A stretch of 23,485 bases of DNA from Candidatus Ratteibacteria bacterium. Lineage in GTDB: Bacteria > Ratteibacteria > UBA8468 > B48-G9 > JAFGKM01. Shown piece by piece: positions 16,041 through 23,485 of the stretch. The DNA lies in assembly GCA_046296715.1 (NCBI GenBank), contig JBKBIN010000019.1, positions 1 to 23,485 of the forward strand. The letters run 5' to 3'. The notes beneath the pieces are model-generated. The model was not told the DNA's origin, ran no database searches, and saw only the letters and a list, made by a program, of their open reading frames with translations. The first letter of the stretch is position 1; every line of letters begins with the position of its first letter. The position numbers were made by a program, and so were the translations under genes.

Positions 16041-17456
16041 ATTCAATTTTTTTAAAAATTCAATATATTTAGAAAATTCTCCAACTTCAAGTAAATTATG
16101 AGAATCAGAACCAAAAACAATTCCTATATCTTCTTCAATGCACATTTTAAAAAATTCTGTCTCTGGATAATAATGATGAAAATTGACCTCTGCTTTAACA
16201 TTTCCTTCTTTTAAAATTTTAATTACTTCATTATAAAGAGTTTTTGGTGTTTCAATATTTTTTCTAAAAAAAAATCTGAATGGATGAGCAAGAATATCAA
16301 TCTTATTTTCAACAAGTTTCTCAACAGCCCATAAAAAAGATTTTTCTGTTTCTTTTTTGCTTAAACACCATTGGTCAGGTAAATAATGAACTGAGCCAAC
16401 TAAAATTTCAAAAAGATTTCTATCATCTTCAATCAATGTAAGATTTCCATTTTTATCAACCTCTACTTCAAGTCCAAGTCCTGCCATATCTGAATTAAGA
16501 GATTTAAATTTTTCTACATATTCATTAATTCTATCCTTTTTATTTTCTCGCTGCTGTCTTAAAATTTCTGGATTATCAAAAAACCTATAATTCCAGTAAT
16601 CATCTGGTGATAGATATAGTTGGCCTGCATGTTCTGTAAAATAAACTTTTTTAACACCAAAAATTTTGCATCTTTTAATAACTTTTTCCATACTAACATC
16701 TTCAGCACAGTATCCAAATTCAGTATGACAGTGATAATCAACAATTTCTGAGGTATTTTTTAATTCTTTCTCTTCTATTTTTATATCTTCCCCAATTTCA
16801 AAAATAAAATATTTAAATGGTTGTTCACATATAGCAGAAGAAGTGAAATAATAAATGTTATCAATTTTTATTAAATCTAATCCCTTATGGTAATGACCAC
16901 TTATTGAGAGAAAAACATTATTTTCTTTATAAAAACTATGTATTTTTTCTGGTTCAAGTATATTAAAGGGATAATCACTTTCTATTTTTGGATAAACAAG
17001 ATTATGCTGAATAACAATAATTTTCTTCCCAGGATTTTCTTCAATAATTTTTTTAAAATTTTCTATTTCCTGATAATTTCTTTTGCATATTTCTCCTTCA
17101 AAATAATTATCATAAAACACATAAAAAAGAAAATCACCTAACACACAAAATTTATATTCTCCAAAAAAATTTTTAAATTTATCAGATTCTAAATCGTGAT
17201 TCCCAGGAGAGATAAGTATTTTTTTACCATTTAAACTTTGAATTACTTTTTTTATTTCAATATAATCTTTTTCTGCGCAATTACTTTTATTATCATCAAT
17301 TAAATCCCCACAAATAACAATTACATCAATTCTCTCATCCTGTATCCTTCTTATAACTCTTTTTAAAAATTCAAGTCCAAATTCTGAATTTCTTTCAGGA
17401 ATTTTTGAAATCCCTTCACTTTTATAATGGAGGTCACTTAAAAGAACAAATTTCAT
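16035..17456 (-). CDS. Fusion of a calcineurin-like metallophosphoesterase (N) and a PHP domain (C)
   Basis: N-half SDLH, GDLID, GNHD, QH, SGHYH. C-half DYHCHT, TEH, GLEVE, GSVH, LAHP, GSDSH. Confidence 0.88.
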   Translation of the reverse strand: MKFVLLSDLHYKSEGISKIPERNSEFGLEFLKRVIRRIQDERIDVIVICGDLIDDNKSNCAEKDYIEIKKVIQSLNGKKILISPGNHDLESDKFKNFFGEYKFCVLGDFLFYVFYDNYFEGEICKRNYQEIENFKKIIEENPGKKIIVIQHNLVYPKIESDYPFNILEPEKIHSFYKENNVFLSISGHYHKGLDLIKIDNIYYFTSSAICEQPFKYFIFEIGEDIKIEEKELKNTSEIVDYHCHTEFGYCAEDVSMEKVIKRCKIFGVKKVYFTEHAGQLYLSPDDYWNYRFFDNPEILRQQRENKKDRINEYVEKFKSLNSDMAGLGLEVEVDKNGNLTLIEDDRNLFEILVGSVHYLPDQWCLSKKETEKSFLWAVEKLVENKIDILAHPFRFFFRKNIETPKTLYNEVIKILKEGNVKAEVNFHHYYPETEFFKMCIEEDIGIVFGSDSHNLLEVGEFSKYIEFLKKLNL

Positions 17457-17459
17457 TTT

Positions 17460-18992
17460 TTAATGTTTGAAATGCCTTGTCCCAGTAAATATCATTGAAA
17501 TACCCAGTTCATTACATTTTTTAATTACATCTTTATCTGCATTTGAACCACCAGGTTGAATTATTGAACTAACGCCTGCTTCATATGCAACTTCTATACT
17601 GTCTGTAAATGGAAAAAATGCATCAGAAGCAAGAACAATTGGTTTGGGTATTTCTTTAAAATTTTCTTTCATTTTCATAACTGCAATTCTTGTTGAATCA
17701 TATCTTGACATCTGGCCTGTTCCAATTCCAAGGACTTGATTTTTTGTAGAAATAATAATTCCATTAGATTTTATAAATTTACAGACCTTCCATCCAAATT
17801 TAAGTGCTTCAACCTCATCTTCAGTTGGTTTTTTTTCAGTAACAACTTCAAATTTTTCATAATCAATATCATCTGGCATCTGGACTAAAAAACCATCTGA
17901 AAGAATTCTAAAATCATAATCGTATTTTATTTTTTCAGGACATTTTATAACTCTCAAATCTCTTTTCTTCTTAAATATTTCAAAAGCATCCTCTTGATAA
18001 TCAGGAGCAACAATTATCTCATAAAATCTTTTTATTAATATTTCAGCAAGTTTTCCATCAACCTTTCTATTAAAACCAACAATCCCTCCAAATGCACTTT
18101 TAGGGTCACATTCAAGAGCTTTCTTGTATGCTTCAATTATATCTTGACCAATAGCAACTCCACAGGGATTTGTATGCTTTATTATTACACAGGCCGGTTT
18201 TTCAAACTGCCAAACAAGATTATAAGCACTCTCTAAATCAAGAAGGTTATTAAATGACAATTCTTTACCCTGTAAAATCTCCCTTTTAAATTCTTTATCA
18301 ATAAATCTATACCATGCACCTTTCTGATGTGGATTTTCTCCATATCTTAAATCACAAATCTTTATAAGACGGATATCTATTTCTGAAGGTAAAATTTCTT
18401 TTTCAATCTTGCTTTTAAAATAGGAAAAAATTATATAATCATATCTTGAGGTTAATTTAAATACTTCTTTTGCACATTTAAAAGAAAACTCTTCACTTAC
18501 ACTCCCATTATTTTCTTCAATTTCTTTAATAAATTCATTATACATCTCTGGTTTTACAAGAACACAAACATATTTATAATTTTTTGCACCTGCTCTTATC
18601 ATTGTTGGTCCACCTATATCTATATTTTCAATTATCTCTTCGTCACTTTTCCCACTTTTTAAAATTTTTTCAAAAGGATAGAGATTACAGACAATAAGTT
18701 GAATTGGAGGAATATTATGCTGGTTTATCTGTTTTAAATGTTCAGGATTATCCTTTATTGATAAAATACCACCATAAATTTTGGGATGAAGCGTTTTTAC
18801 CCTTCCATCAAGTATTTCAGGAAAACCAGTAAATTGACCAACTTCAATAACATCTATTCCATTTTCTTTAAGTATCTTTGCTGTCCCTCCAGTTGAAATT
18901 ATTTCTATATTATACTTTCTTAAAACTTTCGCAATGTCAATTATACCTGTTTTATCAGATACACTTAATATTGCTCTTTCTATCTTTATCAT
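17460..18992 (-). CDS. purH: Bifunctional AICAR transformylase / IMP cyclohydrolase
   Basis: ILSVSDKTG, STGGT, GRVKTLHP, ENIDIGGP, LRYGENPHQ, KHTNPCG, ASDAFFPF, IQPGGS, FTGTRHFKH. Confidence 0.98.
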   Translation of the reverse strand: MIKIERAILSVSDKTGIIDIAKVLRKYNIEIISTGGTAKILKENGIDVIEVGQFTGFPEILDGRVKTLHPKIYGGILSIKDNPEHLKQINQHNIPPIQLIVCNLYPFEKILKSGKSDEEIIENIDIGGPTMIRAGAKNYKYVCVLVKPEMYNEFIKEIEENNGSVSEEFSFKCAKEVFKLTSRYDYIIFSYFKSKIEKEILPSEIDIRLIKICDLRYGENPHQKGAWYRFIDKEFKREILQGKELSFNNLLDLESAYNLVWQFEKPACVIIKHTNPCGVAIGQDIIEAYKKALECDPKSAFGGIVGFNRKVDGKLAEILIKRFYEIIVAPDYQEDAFEIFKKKRDLRVIKCPEKIKYDYDFRILSDGFLVQMPDDIDYEKFEVVTEKKPTEDEVEALKFGWKVCKFIKSNGIIISTKNQVLGIGTGQMSRYDSTRIAVMKMKENFKEIPKPIVLASDAFFPFTDSIEVAYEAGVSSIIQPGGSNADKDVIKKCNELGISMIFTGTRHFKH

Positions 18993-19006
18993 ATACCCCC
19001 TCCGTT

Positions 19007-20353
19007 TTAATATAATCCTTCTTGATTATCAAGGATTTTCTGTATTTTTTTTGCATCTACTTTGTCAACTGTTATATTTTTGTCAAGTGCTAAATATCCA
19101 GCAATTCCACCTGCCTGTCCAGTTGCCATACAAGTTGCCATCACTCTTATAGAACTCATTGCTTTATGGTCTGCAGAGATACATCTTCCTACAACAATTA
19201 AGTTTTTTGAATTTTTTGGGATAAGACATCTATAAGGTATACTGAACCAGTCATTTGAAGGAGGTCTTAATTTTTCAGATGAAGGTAAGTAATCTTTATA
19301 TTTATCAAGAGCAATACAATACTCATCTGTTTTACATTCTTTTATGCAAATATGAACATTTTTTGTTCTACCAAGTGGACAATGAATATCAATCCAGTAT
19401 GTTCCTCTTGCAATACTATCTTCTGTTTTGTTCCCTTTTAAAATGTCCTGTTCTGAAATTGTATAAAGTCCTTCTATCTGCCTTGTTTCTCTTACTCCTA
19501 TATTGGCAGGTAAATTTGATATATATGAGTTTTCAAACCCATCCACATTTTCTTTTAAAGTTCTCCAATATTTATAAATCTCTTGTCTTAAAAATATCTC
19601 TCCTTTTGTTAAATCAAAAATATTTGTTCCATCTCCTTGAAATCTCATAACATTAAAAGACCTTTCTCCTTTTCTTATTGTACTTCCTTTCCCTCCTAAA
19701 CCATTATTGTAAATAATCAATTCGCCTTTTTCTCTTAAATTTTGTAAAATCTTTTGAGCTCTTTTTACTACATCTTCTGTTAATTTATCCTCATCTATTC
19801 CAGCAATTTTAAACATACTTCCCATTGACTGTGTCTTATTATCAAAAAATCTTCCTTTTATATAATTGAAATTAGAAAAGAATGCAATATCAGCATCACC
19901 AGTGGCATCAATAAAAACTTTGCCTTTAATTTTCATCTTTCCATTTTTATTTGCAACTTCTATCTCTTTAATTTCGTAATTTTCAATATTAACATCACAG
20001 ACAAAAGAATGATATAGAATTTCAACTTTTTCTTCTAACAATAATTGTTCAGATGATATCTTTAAAATTTCAGAATCAAAACCAATACCATACTTTTTAA
20101 ATGCATCTTCCCACTTCTCACAACCTCCCATTCTATGTGTCTTTTCAATTAAAAATTTTAAAAATCCACTTACTGCTGGTTGATTTTCACTTAAATAATG
20201 TCCTAAAATACCTCCAACAAGTCCACTTGTTGCCATTCCACCAAGGAATCCATATCTTTCAATTAAAAGAACTTTTGCTCCAAGTTTTGCACATGCCCAC
20301 GAAGCAGCCATTCCAGATGGACCTCCACCAATAACAATAACATCTCTTTCCAT
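19007..20353 (-). CDS. FAD-dependent oxidoreductase (FAD_oxidored type)
   Basis: VIGGGPSG, ERYGFLGGMATSG, IDATGDAD, GVRETR, IDIH, IPYRCLIP, GRCIS..H.AMSSIRVM..CMATGQAGG. AAGGAG RBS. Confidence 0.92.
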   Translation of the reverse strand: MERDVIVIGGGPSGMAASWACAKLGAKVLLIERYGFLGGMATSGLVGGILGHYLSENQPAVSGFLKFLIEKTHRMGGCEKWEDAFKKYGIGFDSEILKISSEQLLLEEKVEILYHSFVCDVNIENYEIKEIEVANKNGKMKIKGKVFIDATGDADIAFFSNFNYIKGRFFDNKTQSMGSMFKIAGIDEDKLTEDVVKRAQKILQNLREKGELIIYNNGLGGKGSTIRKGERSFNVMRFQGDGTNIFDLTKGEIFLRQEIYKYWRTLKENVDGFENSYISNLPANIGVRETRQIEGLYTISEQDILKGNKTEDSIARGTYWIDIHCPLGRTKNVHICIKECKTDEYCIALDKYKDYLPSSEKLRPPSNDWFSIPYRCLIPKNSKNLIVVGRCISADHKAMSSIRVMATCMATGQAGGIAGYLALDKNITVDKVDAKKIQKILDNQEGLY

Positions 20354-20392
20354 TTTCTACTCCTTTTATTTTTTAAATTCAAATTTCTTAAA

Positions 20393-20421
20393 ATGATATA
20401 ATTTATATTGGAAATGGTCAA
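20393..20421. promoter_or_regulatory. Putative bidirectional promoter with overlapping -10 elements (FAD oxidoreductase-purH operon / tilS operon)
   Basis: Minus strand: TTGACC(20421-20416)-N17-TATCAT(20398-20393). Plus strand: extended -10 TG-A-TATAAT(20394-20402). Confidence 0.55.
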
Positions 20422-21757
20422 TATATTCAGAAAAGTAGAAAATTTTATTGATAAAAAGAAATTGATCGAGAAAAAAGATAAAATTTTGCTTGCAGTTTCA
20501 GGAGGTCCAGATTCAGTTTTTCTTCTTCAGTTTTTTGCTTATTTTTCAAAAAAAAAGAATTTAGATATAAAAGTTGCATATATACATCACCATTTAAGAA
20601 AGGAAGCAGATAAAGAAGTTGAATTTGTGAAAAAAATTACAAATGATTTGGGGATTGAATTTTATAGGGGAGATATTGAAATTGAGGGAAAAAATAATAT
20701 TGAAAAGAGATTAAGAGAACAAAGATATAAAAAACTTTTTGAAATAGCAGAAAAAATTGGATGTAATAAAATAGCAACAGGACATACGCTTGATGACCAT
20801 ATAGAAACAATTTTTATAAATTTATTCAGGGGATCTGGTCTTTCTGGTCTTTGTGGTATATGGGCAGTAAGTAAAGTCCTTCATGAATCTGATATTTCTG
20901 TTATAAGACCTCTTCTCTGTTTAGAAAAAAAAGAAATAATTGAATATTTAAAAAAAAATAAGATAAAATATATGATTGACACTTCAAATCTCTCAGCAAA
21001 TTTTTTCAGAAATAAGATAAGACACAAAATTATACCCTTTTTGCTAAAGTATAAACCTTCTTTAAAAAAAATACTTTTCAGGATGACAGAAGTCCTACAG
21101 AAAGAGGAAGAATTTTTTAAGGAATATATAGATAAAATTTTAAAAGAAATAGTAATAAAGGAGGATGAAAAAGATATTACAATTAACACTGAAAAATTTA
21201 ATATTCTTCCGACAGCAATTAAAAGAAGGATTGCAGGATATATTTATAAAAAGATAAAAAAAACGCCTTATATAAAATTTAGTGAGATTGAAAAGATTTT
21301 GAAAATTATAGAAAAAGGAGAAAATGTCATTAATAAAGAAAAAATTGAAAAAAGCAAAAGAATCAGTCCACAAAGAAATTTTGAGTTTAAATTAAAAATC
21401 CCTGGGGAAATAAATGTTTTTAATTTTATCATTAAAACAGATTTTACTCCTTTTTCGGATCAAATTTTCAAAAATCAAGATAGATTTACAGGATATTTTG
21501 ATTTTTCTAAGATTAAAGGCGATATAATATTAAGAAATAGAAGACCTGGAGATAAATTTATTCCACTTGGATTTAAAGAAGAAAAAAGATTATCAAGATT
21601 TATGATTGATAAAAAAATACCAAGAAAAGAAAGAGAAAAAGTTTTAATTTTTGAAAATAATGGTAAGATAATGTGGGTATGTGGATATGAGATTTCTGAA
21701 CAATTTAAAGTTGAAAAAAATACTGATAAAATTCTTAAAATTGAGGTTAAAAAATAG
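20408..21757 (+). CDS. tilS: tRNA(Ile)-lysidine synthase
   Basis: AVSGGPDS (PP-loop), IATGHTLDD..ET..NLFRG, IRPLL, D.SN..RNKIR, C-terminal TilS_C-like RNRRPGD..KKIPR. The true start may be ATG 20414 rather than TTG 20408. Confidence 0.96.
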   Translation: MEMVNIFRKVENFIDKKKLIEKKDKILLAVSGGPDSVFLLQFFAYFSKKKNLDIKVAYIHHHLRKEADKEVEFVKKITNDLGIEFYRGDIEIEGKNNIEKRLREQRYKKLFEIAEKIGCNKIATGHTLDDHIETIFINLFRGSGLSGLCGIWAVSKVLHESDISVIRPLLCLEKKEIIEYLKKNKIKYMIDTSNLSANFFRNKIRHKIIPFLLKYKPSLKKILFRMTEVLQKEEEFFKEYIDKILKEIVIKEDEKDITINTEKFNILPTAIKRRIAGYIYKKIKKTPYIKFSEIEKILKIIEKGENVINKEKIEKSKRISPQRNFEFKLKIPGEINVFNFIIKTDFTPFSDQIFKNQDRFTGYFDFSKIKGDIILRNRRPGDKFIPLGFKEEKRLSRFMIDKKIPRKEREKVLIFENNGKIMWVCGYEISEQFKVEKNTDKILKIEVKK

Positions 21758-23032
21758 ATGGAAAAAATTTTTGAAGATAATTATCTACCAGAAGAGTTGA
21801 GGAAAAAGAAACTGAAAGAAATTATTGAATTAAATTCAAATTATGGGAAAGAAGAAAGTATTGAGATTGTTTATTATTTAAAATCCAAGGAAGATATTGT
21901 AAAAGTTGCGAAAAAACTTGCAATTGATGAAACAACAGGAAAATGGATAGGACAGAAACAACCAACATCTTTGTTTAATAGGTGTATTGCCGATGTTGAT
22001 AAAATTTATATTTTTGATAAAGGCGAAGGTATTATTTTTATAAGGACTCCTATTATTAATCTATCAGAAGAAAAAGATTTTCTTTACCAAATTCTAATGC
22101 TTGCCTGTGGAGGACCTGTTCTTGAATTTGTTTATTACTCACATGTTGCTTTAATTGATATAAATTTACCAGAAAAAATATTAAAAAAATTTAAAGGTCC
22201 AAGATTTGGCATAGATAGAATAAGAAAACTCACAGAAACACCATTTCCTAATCCAATTTTAGGGACAATTATAAAACCATGTGCTGGATTGACTGAAAAA
22301 GAGGTTGCTGAAAAATGTTACCTTGCTGCAAAAGGTGGAGTAAAATTTATTAAGGATGATGAAAAGATGCTTGGACCTTTTTATTGTCAACCAAAGAAAA
22401 AGATAAAACTTGTAAGTGAAGCACTTAAAAAGGCATACCAAGAGACAGGTAATAAATGTATTTATGCACCACATCTTGTTGAAAGAGCAGATAAAATAAA
22501 AGATACGGCTAAAAGATATATAGAATATGGAGCAACTGCTTTAATGGTAAATGTTGTTCTTGGGCATAATTTTGAAGTTTTAAAAATTTTAAGAGAAGAC
22601 CCTGACATAAATGTTCCATTATATGCTCATAGTGGTGGAAGAAGTGCTTTATCAACAGGAAAAAGAAGAATAGATGACGGAGTTATTGTAAAATTTATTC
22701 GTCTTTGTGGTGGAGATTTCTTTCAGCATGGTGTTTTTGGTGTAAAAGACACTCATATTGCCTCTCTTAATGAAGATTTATTAAATCATTTAATTTATGT
22801 TATGAGAAAAGATTTCAATGGAATAAAAGATACTGTTCCTGTCTGTGCAGGTGGCTTGAGAATTGAAAATATAAAATTAAATATTGAAAAACACTATGAT
22901 AAAAAATTAGGATACCATGTTGCTTTACTTGCTGGCTCATATCTTCTTGGTGATCCTGAAGGTCCTTATAAAGGAGCCAAAAAATTTGTTGAAAAAGTAA
23001 AAGAAATAGTTAATTCGGATGAGAAAAAATGA
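21758..23032 (+). CDS. RuBisCO-like protein (form IV), divergent
   Basis: FKGPRFG, GTIIKP, GGVKFIKDDE (carbamylated-Lys motif), YAH, RLCGGD, PVCAGG, GDPEG..GA. Several residues needed for carboxylation are substituted. Confidence 0.9.
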   Translation: MEKIFEDNYLPEELRKKKLKEIIELNSNYGKEESIEIVYYLKSKEDIVKVAKKLAIDETTGKWIGQKQPTSLFNRCIADVDKIYIFDKGEGIIFIRTPIINLSEEKDFLYQILMLACGGPVLEFVYYSHVALIDINLPEKILKKFKGPRFGIDRIRKLTETPFPNPILGTIIKPCAGLTEKEVAEKCYLAAKGGVKFIKDDEKMLGPFYCQPKKKIKLVSEALKKAYQETGNKCIYAPHLVERADKIKDTAKRYIEYGATALMVNVVLGHNFEVLKILREDPDINVPLYAHSGGRSALSTGKRRIDDGVIVKFIRLCGGDFFQHGVFGVKDTHIASLNEDLLNHLIYVMRKDFNGIKDTVPVCAGGLRIENIKLNIEKHYDKKLGYHVALLAGSYLLGDPEGPYKGAKKFVEKVKEIVNSDEKK

Positions 23033-23485
23033 TTTTTCTGGAAATTCAACTTATGATTTTAAAAATTTATTTGTATTATTTTTTTCTACAATTTCGGTTT
23101 ACTTTAATTCTCTTTTTAATCCTTTTGTTTGGGATGACCTTTCTTTAATTTCTGAAAACTTCTTAATAAGGAATTTTAAGTTTCTTCTTTCATTTTTTAA
23201 AACAGATATTTTTTTATCTAATTCTAACTTTTACAGACCAATTCAGATGTTTTTTTATACGCTTGTTTATAAATTATCTGGACAGAATCCAGTTGGTTAT
23301 CATCTTTTAAATATTTTTTTTCATTCTGGTTGTTCAATTTTAATTTATTTACTTTTGAAAAAAATCTATCAAGACAAAATCTCATTTTTAGTTTCATTAC
23401 TTTGGGCAATCCATCCAATAAATTCTGAAAGTATAACTTATATCTCAGGAACAGCAGACCCTTTATTTCTATTTTTTGGTTTACT
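23019..23485 (+). CDS. TMTC-like GT-C membrane glycosyltransferase, partial (runs off window)
   Basis: Not in the ORF track. Manual translation from ATG 23019: ..VYFNSLFNPFVWDD..FYRPIQ..GYHLLNIFFH..WAIHPINSESITYISGTAD, the FxxDD/YRP/HxxN/HPxxxE pattern of TMTC-type proteins. Overlaps the RLP end by 14 nt. Confidence 0.85.
   Translation, partial: MRKNDFSGNSTYDFKNLFVLFFSTISVYFNSLFNPFVWDDLSLISENFLIRNFKFLLSFFKTDIFLSNSNFYRPIQMFFYTLVYKLSGQNPVGYHLLNIFFHSGCSILIYLLLKKIYQDKISFLVSLLWAIHPINSESITYISGTADPLFLFFGL

Noticed and set aside
21758..23032. Bona fide CO2-fixing RuBisCO
   Set aside because: Equivalents of K177, N123, R295, H327 and S379 appear substituted, and there is no small subunit, phosphoribulokinase or AMP-pathway gene nearby.
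1421..23418. Many 60-130 aa antisense or alternate-frame ORFs (e.g. 2326-2694, 8115-8420, 12162-12503, 19255-19650, 20881-21189, 23224-23418)
   Set aside because: They lie inside well-supported genes and show no motifs, as expected of shadow ORFs.
1..23485. CRISPR array, transposase, integrase, prophage or defence system
   Set aside because: No regularly spaced repeats or matching protein motifs were seen by eye.

Overview
A very AT-rich, gene-dense bacterial chromosomal segment (standard genetic code). It is mostly housekeeping: glyQ, argS, rbfA, ftsK, a short RodZ-like HTH, rimO, purH, tilS and tRNA-Leu(GAG). Between these are carbohydrate and redox enzymes (GH130-like protein, Gfo/Idh/MocA oxidoreductase, two xylose-isomerase-like TIM barrels, FAD oxidoreductase), a metallophosphoesterase-PHP fusion and a divergent RuBisCO-like protein. 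The ORF track misses three CDSs: a >1237-aa degenerate M28 peptidase/MacB-FtsX permease fusion running off the left end, a 59-aa membrane protein, and a TMTC-like GT-C protein running off the right end. Most notable: (1) rbfA appears to start at an AUU codon behind its own promoter; (2) a 223-bp segment bounded by a duplicated tRNA-Leu 5' end, with a GC-rich hairpin at the D-loop position; (3) the pseudo-peptidase/permease operon headed by the GH130 gene; (4) the orphan RLP with a remodelled active site. No CRISPR array, integrase or transposase was seen. All family calls are from motif recognition by eye, not database searches.
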